Shown here piece after piece: positions 57,010 to 64,000 of a stretch of 64,000 bases of DNA. The DNA is taken from positions 3,488,001-3,552,000 of the forward strand of contig OZ245838.1 in the NCBI GenBank assembly GCA_965228735.1, read 5' to 3'. The notes under the pieces were generated by a model. It saw nothing but the letters and a program-made list of their open reading frames with translations. It made no database searches and was not told the origin of the DNA. Made by a program: the position numbers and the translations under genes. Within the stretch, counting starts at the first letter, position 1; every line of letters starts with the position of its first letter. This DNA comes from Planctomycetota bacterium. GTDB lineage: Bacteria; Planctomycetota; UBA1135; UBA2386.

Positions 57010-59172
57010 GTGTCGCCGCGCCTCCGCCCCCTCGTTCTCGCTGCCGCCTTCGGTGCTGCCTCAGCCTGCACCCTCACGCCGGCGCCGGCGCCGCTGCCGG
57101 TCCAGGTGCCCGCGGGGGCCTCGCCCGCGCAGATCGTCGAACTCGCCGCGAGCGTGCGGCCGTCGCCCCGCCAGCTCGCCTGGCAGCGGACCGGGTTCAA
57201 CGCGTTCGTGCACTTCGGCATGAACACGTTCACCGATCGCGAGTGGGGCGACGGCACGGAGGACCCGGCGACGTTCGCGCCGACGGACTTCGACGCCACG
57301 CAATGGGCGGCGACCTTCCGCGCGGCCGGGATGCGCGGAATCGTGCTCACGTGCAAGCACCACGACGGCTTCTGTCTGTGGCCGAGTGCGACGACAGCGC
57401 ACGACGTCGCGGCGTCGCCGTGGCGGAACGGCAAGGGCGACGTCGTCGGTGAGGTGGCTGCGGCATGCCAGGCAGCCGGGCTGAAGTTCGGCGTCTACCT
57501 GTCCCCGTGGGATCGCAACCAGGAGTCGTTCGGCACGCCGGCCTACCAGCAGGTGTTCCTCGCGCAGCTGCGCGAACTCTGCACCGACTACGGCCCGCTG
57601 TTCGAGGTCTGGTTCGACGGCGCGCACTGCCCGCCCGACGACCCGGAGCTGTTCGACTGGCAGGCCGTCTTTCAGCTCGTTCGCGAGCAGCAGCCCGACG
57701 CGGCGATCGCGATCACCGGCCCCGACGTGCGCTGGGTCGGGAACGAAGCCGGCCGGACGCGGCCCGAGGAGTGGAGCGTGCTGCCGCTGCGTCAGCCGGC
57801 AAGAGGCGCGTTCGAACGCGACCGCGACAGCTGGCGCGCGTTGTGGGACCTGCGATCGCGCAATCAGCAGGCCGATCTCGGCAGCCGTGCCGAGCTGCGC
57901 GATGCGCAGGCGCTGTGCTGGTGGGCCGCGGAGACCGACGTGTCCATCCGGCCGGGTTGGTTCTGGCACGAGCACGAGGATCAGCGCGTCAAACCGCTGG
58001 CGACCTTGCTCGACTACTGGTTCGAAGCCGTCGGCGGCAACGCGGTGCTGCTGCTGAACGTGCCGGCCAATCGACAAGGGCGCATCGCGGCTCCCGACGT
58101 CGCGGTGCTGCGCGAGTTCGGTCGCTATCTCGACGCGACGTTCGCGGACCCGGTCAGCGCGGGCGGACAGCGGCTGGTCCACGTGCCGGAGAGGTCCGCG
58201 GGCAGCGCGTTCGACAGCGCCAAGGGCTGGGGCAGGACCGAGGAAATCCTGTTCGACGAGCCGCGCACCGTCGACGTGTTCGAGCTCGGAGAAGCCGTCG
58301 AGTCACACGGCCAACGGGTCGAACGCTTCCGCATCGAGGTCCGACAAGGCGGCCGCTGGCGCGAATGCGCAACGGGCACGACGATCGGCGTGCGGCGTTT
58401 GCTCAGAACGGCACCGATCACGGGGACCGGGTTTCGCTACCGCATCGATCGCAGCCGCGGCGAACCAGCGATCGCGCGCTTCGAGCTCTATCGGCGACCG
58501 ACGCTCCTGCAGGCGCCGAGCATCACGCGAGATCCGGCAGGCGAGGTCACGATCCGCGCGACCGGCGGCGACGTGCACTTCACACGGGACGGGTCGGTCG
58601 TGACGCGCGACTCCGAGCGCTACACGGCGCCGTTCGCGCTGCCGCTCGGGGGGCTCGTGCGCGCCGCGACGTTCGCACCGACGGGCTCCGGCCGCGCGAC
58701 GTTCGGCACGACGGCCGAGACCGTCGCCGAGTTCGGGCTCGCGCGCGCGGGCTTCCGCGTGCACGACTGCTCGAGTGAGCAGGACGGCAGCGAGGCCGCG
58801 GGGATGGCGATCGACGGCGACCCCGACACGATTTGGCACACGGCCTATGGCGACGAGACGCCGCGCCCGCCGCATCACCTGACGATCGATCTCGGGCAAG
58901 CCGTCACCCTCCGCGGTTTCCTCTACCTCCCGCGCAGGAACGGTTCGAACGGCACGATCCGCGACTACGCGTTCTACGGCAGCGCCGACGGTGAGACCTG
59001 GCAGAGGCTCGCGGCCGGCAGTTTCGACAACGTCGCGAACGCGGCGAATCCGCAGCGCGTAGTGTTTCGCCAACCGATGACCAGCGCCCGCTACGTCAAG
59101 CTCGTGAGTCACCGCGAGGTGCAGGACCGCGCGTGGGCCTCATGCGCCGAACTGTCGGTGCTCGTTCGATGA
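57010..59172 (+). CDS. Alpha-L-fucosidase GH29 lipoprotein with C-terminal F5/8-type (CBM32-like) domain
   Basis: FVHFGMNTFT..EWG, KHHDGFCLW, YLSPWD, EVWFDGA, RWVGNE, DVSIRPGWF; AIDGDPDT.WH C-terminal module. Confidence 0.93.
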   Translation: MSPRLRPLVLAAAFGAASACTLTPAPAPLPVQVPAGASPAQIVELAASVRPSPRQLAWQRTGFNAFVHFGMNTFTDREWGDGTEDPATFAPTDFDATQWAATFRAAGMRGIVLTCKHHDGFCLWPSATTAHDVAASPWRNGKGDVVGEVAAACQAAGLKFGVYLSPWDRNQESFGTPAYQQVFLAQLRELCTDYGPLFEVWFDGAHCPPDDPELFDWQAVFQLVREQQPDAAIAITGPDVRWVGNEAGRTRPEEWSVLPLRQPARGAFERDRDSWRALWDLRSRNQQADLGSRAELRDAQALCWWAAETDVSIRPGWFWHEHEDQRVKPLATLLDYWFEAVGGNAVLLLNVPANRQGRIAAPDVAVLREFGRYLDATFADPVSAGGQRLVHVPERSAGSAFDSAKGWGRTEEILFDEPRTVDVFELGEAVESHGQRVERFRIEVRQGGRWRECATGTTIGVRRLLRTAPITGTGFRYRIDRSRGEPAIARFELYRRPTLLQAPSITRDPAGEVTIRATGGDVHFTRDGSVVTRDSERYTAPFALPLGGLVRAATFAPTGSGRATFGTTAETVAEFGLARAGFRVHDCSSEQDGSEAAGMAIDGDPDTIWHTAYGDETPRPPHHLTIDLGQAVTLRGFLYLPRRNGSNGTIRDYAFYGSADGETWQRLAAGSFDNVANAANPQRVVFRQPMTSARYVKLVSHREVQDRAWASCAELSVLVR

Positions 59173-60350
59173 CCGCGCGCCCCCACGACGCGTTCGCCGC
59201 GTGCCAGCCCGGGCTCGAGCCGCTCGTGCAGGACGAACTGAAGGCACTGGGAGTGGTCGGGACCCCGCGCCGCGGCGGTGTCGAGTTTCGGGGCGACACC
59301 AGCGCGATCATGCGTGCGGCGTATCGACTCGGCTGCGCGAGCCACGTGCTGCTGCGGGTGGCCGAGTTTCGCTGTCGGGCGCTCGGCGAGCTCGAGCGCA
59401 AGGCACGCGACGTGCCATGGGGTGACTGGCTGCTGTCCGACGTCGCGCTCGCGGTCCGAGCGACGTCGTCGCGGTCCCGCGTCTACCACACCAAGGCGAT
59501 CGCCGAACGGGTCGGGGACGCGATCCGCGCCACCATCGGTGACGTGCTACCGGCAGCGGCGGACGATAGTACGGAGCCCGTCGCTCAGCTCGCCGTTCGC
59601 TTTCGCAACGACGTCTGCACGGTGTCGCTCGACGCCACGACAACGCCGCTGCATCGCCGCGGTTATCGCCTCGCGGGCGCGAAAGCGCCGCTGCGCGAAG
59701 ACCTCGCTCACGCGCTCGCGCGGCTCGCGCTCGCGGTCGGGCCTTGCGCGGTGCTCGACCCGTTCTGCGGCTCGGGAACGATCCCGATCGAAGCCGCCGG
59801 TCTGTTGCGCGGGCTTGCGCCGGGTCGGTTGCGCGAACCGCCGCTCGCCCATCTCGCGCTCTTCGACGCGGACAGCTGGGAGGCCGCACGGGCAACAGCG
59901 TCCCCAACCGCGGACAGCGACCTGCAGATCGCGGCCAGCGACCGCGACCGCGGCGCGGTGGACGCCGCACGCCAGAACGCCGAACGCGCCGGGGTCGCGG
60001 ACGCGATCGACTTCACGGTCGGTGCGTTCGCCGCGCACGACTGGCTCGCGGGTGACGGCGCGCCCACTGATGCCGCCATCGCCACGAACCCGCCGTTCGG
60101 CCGGCGCATCGGCAAGCGCGACCTCGTGAACCTCTACCAGACCATCGGCCACCGCCTGCTCCGGCACCCGGGCTGGCGCATCGCACTCCTCGCCGAGGAC
60201 ATCCGCCTCGCGCGCCGCACCGGGCTGCCGCTCGATGTCGCGTTCACGACCAAGCACGGCGGGCTCTCCGTTTCGGCCCTTGCGGGAACGGTACCGACTG
60301 GATCAGTACCGACGGAAAAGGGGCCGACCGATACCGTGCCAGCGCCATGA
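59169..60350 (+). CDS. THUMP-domain class I SAM-dependent RNA methyltransferase (RlmL-like)
   Basis: PGLE..V..EL, LHRRGYR, APLRE.LA, DPFCGSGTIPIEA, TNPPFG; ATGA overlap. Confidence 0.9.
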   Translation: MTARPHDAFAACQPGLEPLVQDELKALGVVGTPRRGGVEFRGDTSAIMRAAYRLGCASHVLLRVAEFRCRALGELERKARDVPWGDWLLSDVALAVRATSSRSRVYHTKAIAERVGDAIRATIGDVLPAAADDSTEPVAQLAVRFRNDVCTVSLDATTTPLHRRGYRLAGAKAPLREDLAHALARLALAVGPCAVLDPFCGSGTIPIEAAGLLRGLAPGRLREPPLAHLALFDADSWEAARATASPTADSDLQIAASDRDRGAVDAARQNAERAGVADAIDFTVGAFAAHDWLAGDGAPTDAAIATNPPFGRRIGKRDLVNLYQTIGHRLLRHPGWRIALLAEDIRLARRTGLPLDVAFTTKHGGLSVSALAGTVPTGSVPTEKGPTDTVPAP

Positions 60351-60943
60351 AGCTGCAGAAGCTCGTCGACGACGCCCCCACCGTTCGGATCGAGACCGAA
60401 CGACTCGTGCTCCGGCCGATGACCGAGGCCGATCTGCCGACCGCGATCGCGCACGAACAGGACTGCACGATCATGCAGTGGATCCGCGATCCCGCGCCGC
60501 TCGCCGAGACCGAGGCCCGTTGCCGCTCGGCGCTCGAACCGTGGGACGGCGCCGACGGGCGATGGCGTCTGCTCGCGATCGAGGCCCGGCCGGAAGCCGG
60601 GGTCGACCTGCAGGAGATGCTCGGCATCGTGTGCTTCCGGGTAACCGTCCGTGACTACGAGACGATGGAGTTCGGCTACCGACTGACGCCGAAGGTGCAT
60701 CGCCGCGGTTTCGGCTACGAGGCGTGCTCGGCCCTGCTCGAGTATCTGTTCGAAACGGGCGAGGTCCGCCGCGTCGTCGCGCTGTGCGTCACGGAGAACG
60801 AAGCCTCGTGGCGGCTCATGGAGAAGCTCGGCATGCGCCGCGAAGGAGTGTTCCAGGAGTACTCGATGCTCGCCGGTGAATGGCGCGACGAGTTGTCCTA
60901 CGGCATGCTGCGACGCGAGTGGCTGGCGGCCCGAGGGCAATGA
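60347..60943 (+). CDS. GNAT N-acetyltransferase, RimJ/RimL family
   Basis: IETERLVLRP, EFGYRL....RRGFGYEA, N.AS.RLMEKLGM..EG. Confidence 0.92.
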   Translation: MKLQKLVDDAPTVRIETERLVLRPMTEADLPTAIAHEQDCTIMQWIRDPAPLAETEARCRSALEPWDGADGRWRLLAIEARPEAGVDLQEMLGIVCFRVTVRDYETMEFGYRLTPKVHRRGFGYEACSALLEYLFETGEVRRVVALCVTENEASWRLMEKLGMRREGVFQEYSMLAGEWRDELSYGMLRREWLAARGQ

Positions 60944-60946
60944 GGC

Positions 60947-62371
60947 TCAAAAACCCCCGCCGGTGCTGAACCCACCGCCGCCGCCGCCGCCGAAGCCGCC
61001 ACCGCTGCTGAAGCCGCCGAAACTACCGAAGCCGGATCCCGAGCTGCCCAGAGCGTTGCCGAAGGTCCCGATCATCGACCCCGAAGAGCGCCAGCTCTGA
61101 CTCCGGCGCAGCTGCTGGAAGACCTCGGAACGCCGCATCGAACCCCGCAGCAAGCCACCGAGCAGGAAGCCGATGTCGAAGTCGTCGTCGAAGACCGAGT
61201 TGCTCGACTCGTAGTCCTGCGCGCGGAAGTCGCGTTCGATGCGTTCGACGTCGGTGACGCGCCGATTCGCGGTCTCGAGATCACGTTCGGCGGCGGCGAG
61301 CTGCGGACGGACGCCGTCCGCCGCCGACCGCGCCCGCCCGATCGCCCGCACGAGCTCGTCGTCCGCATCCGTCGCGGTCGCGAGCGCATCCTGCCGAAGG
61401 GTCGCGACGTCCTCGTTCGCCATCTGTTGCTCGAGCAGTGACTCGGCGCGATTCGTGAACGGATCGCGACCCGCGTTGAGCGCCTGCTCCGCGGCGCACA
61501 ACCGATCCTGCCGCGCCTCGGCGACGACCACGGCCTGCTCCGCCGCGTCGAGATCGCGTTGGGCGCCAGTCAGCCGGTCCTGCAACTCGGTCGCGCCGTC
61601 CGCGGCGAGCGCAGCATCCTCGAGTTCGACGACCCGCGCCCGTTCGGCCGCGGCTCGCGCAGCCAGCTCGTCTGCGTGCGCGCGCAGGCGGACCGGAATC
61701 TCGAGGAGCAGACCGTAATCGCGATGAGCCTTGCCGTAGTCACACAGCCCCGCAACCCAGCCGTCGAGCGCCGCAATGACCGGATACGGTCGGTACTCCT
61801 CGAAGCGATACCGGCGTTTCCAGAGATACGAGAACAACGGGTCGGCCTCGTACGGCCGACGCTTCTCGTCGCGATCGGCCTCGGCCTGCTCGGCCTTCGC
61901 GCCGGCGTTCCTGGCCTGCCCCGCCGCGAACTCGGCGTGGCCCTTCTGGGCCGTGTATTCCTCCTCCTGCGCGAGACGCGCGCGCGTGGCCTCGACCTGC
62001 GCGCGGTACGCGGCGGCGCACTCGTCGCGATGGTCGAGTCTGGCGCTGCGCTCCTCGATGAGCGGCACGAGCGCGGCCGCACCATCGCTGATCTCACGTG
62101 CGAGCCGTTCGAGCTCGCGCTCACGATCCGCCAGCACTGCGAGCGCGGCCCTGTCGGCCTCGTCGATCCGCCGCGCTGCTGCCCCGCCGGCCAGCACGCC
62201 GAGGCGAACGCTCGCGAGCTTCGCGAGGCAGCGCGCTTCCTCGGAACGCGCCGCCTCGACCTGCTGGCGCAGATCGTGAACCCGCGTCGAAGCGGCCGCG
62301 GCGTTGCTGCGCGCCTCGCGCAGGTCCCGGCGGATCTCCCGCAGCACGGATTTGCCAGAACGCATGCTCAC
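60947..62371 (-). CDS. Coiled-coil protein with Gly-rich C-terminal tail
   Basis: Long heptad region, PYEADPLFSYLW.R, C-terminal GGGGGFSTGGGF; GTGA coupling to the upstream gene (alternative start 62365). Confidence 0.8.
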   Translation of the reverse strand: MSMRSGKSVLREIRRDLREARSNAAAASTRVHDLRQQVEAARSEEARCLAKLASVRLGVLAGGAAARRIDEADRAALAVLADRERELERLAREISDGAAALVPLIEERSARLDHRDECAAAYRAQVEATRARLAQEEEYTAQKGHAEFAAGQARNAGAKAEQAEADRDEKRRPYEADPLFSYLWKRRYRFEEYRPYPVIAALDGWVAGLCDYGKAHRDYGLLLEIPVRLRAHADELAARAAAERARVVELEDAALAADGATELQDRLTGAQRDLDAAEQAVVVAEARQDRLCAAEQALNAGRDPFTNRAESLLEQQMANEDVATLRQDALATATDADDELVRAIGRARSAADGVRPQLAAAERDLETANRRVTDVERIERDFRAQDYESSNSVFDDDFDIGFLLGGLLRGSMRRSEVFQQLRRSQSWRSSGSMIGTFGNALGSSGSGFGSFGGFSSGGGFGGGGGGGFSTGGGF

Positions 62372-63876
62372 CACCTCGTGATCTTGCCGCCGACGACGTC
62401 GAACGAACGGGCGTAGTCCGGCTCGAGGCGCCCGCGCCGCTTCGTGCCGAACGTGCTGCGATCGATGATGCCGTTGTCGAGCTTGTCGGCCTTGACGCGC
62501 TCGTAGGTCGCCTCGCTCACGCGGATGCCGAACTTGCGCACCCGGCTCGTGCGGCCCGTCTCCTCGTTCTCGATCGGCAGCGTCAGGCGTTCGCCGCTCG
62601 AGCTGATCGCCTCGACGATGATGTAGTAGTTGCGGGCGCGCCGGTTGTTGTTCGGGTGACGCCATACGCCACTGCGCTGGTTGCGTCGCGTCAGGATACG
62701 CAGTTCGTACTCCTGGCCCACGTGCTCGACGAGCGCTTCGAGCTGACCGAGCCGGCTCGCCATGGCGTCCGCATCACTGCCCGCAATCGCCTGCTCGAGT
62801 GCTGTGGCGAGGTTGTCGAAGCGCTCGGTCGCGGCTTCCTCGGCCCCCAAGCCTGCGAACGTCGCCCGCAGCGCCGCGAGCTTCGCCGCGAGCTCGGTGC
62901 GCTGCTGCTTCGCCCGCACGGTTGCCTGCACGAACTTCTCGAGCTCGAACAACGCTGCGCTCGCGTCCTCCGCGTCACCCGCGTGGATCTGCGCCTCGAT
63001 TGCGCGAACCTCGCCCTGGGCGCGCGCGAGCGCTGCAGGCGCGAACCCGAGCGACCCGACGCGCGCCGCGATCGCCTGCACCTCGTCGTAGAGGCGCCGC
63101 AGTTCGGCGATCCTGGCCAACAGTCCCCGAGCCTGCTCGAACGCCGATTCCGCGTCCGCGGCGACCTCCTCGGCGACTTCGACGGCCGCGTCCCAGCTCG
63201 CGCGCTCGGCGAGATACCGTTCGCCGCCGGCGCCATCCTCGTCGACTTCGGGCAGGCGCGCGATGGCCGTCGCGAACGTCTCGGCCTGACCTTCGCCGCG
63301 CAGCAGCGCGTTGTTCGTCTCGTCGAACAACCGCTGCACGGTCACGGGACTCGCGATGGCAGCGGCGGCATCGAGTTCACGACGCAGCTCGGTTCCGACC
63401 GCAGTGAGGCGCGACGACCGCGCAGCGAACCCACCCACCACGTCTTCGAACGCGGCAATCGCGTTCTGCTCACCGATGTAGCGCGGGATCGCGACGGCGG
63501 CCCACATGCCGGCGACGACGAGCACCACGAGACCGGCTCGCAACAACCACTTCGTCCGCTCGACGTAGATCTCCGCGAGCCACACGTGGAACGAGCGCTC
63601 CGGTGGCGTGTACACGAACCGGTCCTCGCGCAGGGCCGCGACGCCCTCCGCGATCACGCTCTCGTCGACGTCGATGCCCTGCGAGTCGTAGATCGCCCGG
63701 ATGCGGGCCACCAGCTCCTGCTGCCGCCGATCGTCGTCGAGTTCGATTGCGACGAGCTCGCGCTGATGCCGCAGCGTGTCGACGACGTCCATCGCGAGCA
63801 TGACGCGATCGAGCCCGACCTCGGCGGCCGGGGCCTCGACTTCGTCAGTTCGCACTTCGGTCGCGGCGGCGCTCAC
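62368..63876 (-). CDS. DUF6384-family membrane protein with long coiled coil
   Basis: LD.VMLAMDVVDTLRH, GV.AL.EDRFVY.PP, TM, C-terminal NYYIIVEA...I.NEETG....FG.RV. Confidence 0.8.
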   Translation of the reverse strand: MSAAATEVRTDEVEAPAAEVGLDRVMLAMDVVDTLRHQRELVAIELDDDRRQQELVARIRAIYDSQGIDVDESVIAEGVAALREDRFVYTPPERSFHVWLAEIYVERTKWLLRAGLVVLVVAGMWAAVAIPRYIGEQNAIAAFEDVVGGFAARSSRLTAVGTELRRELDAAAAIASPVTVQRLFDETNNALLRGEGQAETFATAIARLPEVDEDGAGGERYLAERASWDAAVEVAEEVAADAESAFEQARGLLARIAELRRLYDEVQAIAARVGSLGFAPAALARAQGEVRAIEAQIHAGDAEDASAALFELEKFVQATVRAKQQRTELAAKLAALRATFAGLGAEEAATERFDNLATALEQAIAGSDADAMASRLGQLEALVEHVGQEYELRILTRRNQRSGVWRHPNNNRRARNYYIIVEAISSSGERLTLPIENEETGRTSRVRKFGIRVSEATYERVKADKLDNGIIDRSTFGTKRRGRLEPDYARSFDVVGGKITRW

Positions 63877-64000
63877 TCGGCCGCTGCCCCCGGAGCCGGC
63901 AACAGCGCGACGCGGTTCTGCAGTTCGACCATGCGCTGCTTGCCGGACTCGACCGCCGCCGTGACCTCGGCCTCGTTGCGCGTGCTGAGCTCGCGCATCT
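63873..64000 (-). CDS. C-terminus of a coiled-coil protein (of the kind often annotated cell surface protein), truncated by window edge
   Basis: MRELSTRNEAEVTAAVESGKQRMVEL...stop; GTGA overlap with the DUF6384 gene. Confidence 0.7.
   Translation of the reverse strand, partial: MRELSTRNEAEVTAAVESGKQRMVELQNRVALLPAPGAAAE

Overview
High-GC bacterial window, most likely Planctomycetota (DUF1592/PSD-type cytochrome protein, Ser/Thr kinase-TPR protein, DUF1080, RCC1 and kelch surface proteins). About 52 protein genes; I saw no rRNA, tRNA, CRISPR array or transposase. Left part: thrC, then a lipA - E1alpha-like - E1beta - E2 - E1alpha operon for a 2-oxoacid dehydrogenase, with lpdA and tex further on. 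This operon is the most unusual thing in the window. One E1alpha copy is an intact ORF that has lost the TPP-binding and catalytic motifs (pseudoenzyme), and the active copy carries an approximately 80-aa histone-H1-like Lys/Ala tail. A structured, AT-richer 160-bp element lies upstream. The middle holds envelope and secreted proteins (octaheme cytochrome, RCC1 double propeller, tandem SGNH esterase, DUF1592 protein), a two-component pair, a divergent XRE / ECF-like sigma pair and a VLRF1-type ribosome-rescue factor. 42.8-50.2 kb is a signalling island with 3 His kinases and 6 receiver domains, no DNA-binding output, sigma28-like promoters and an internally deleted receiver gene. Right part: Ser/Thr kinase, kelch protein, phosphonate-type oxidoreductase plus PhnX-like hydrolase, GH29 fucosidase operon and a DUF6384 coiled-coil operon. 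Many genes look leaderless (TANNNT 6-9 nt before the start). All family calls come from motif recognition by eye, not from database searches.
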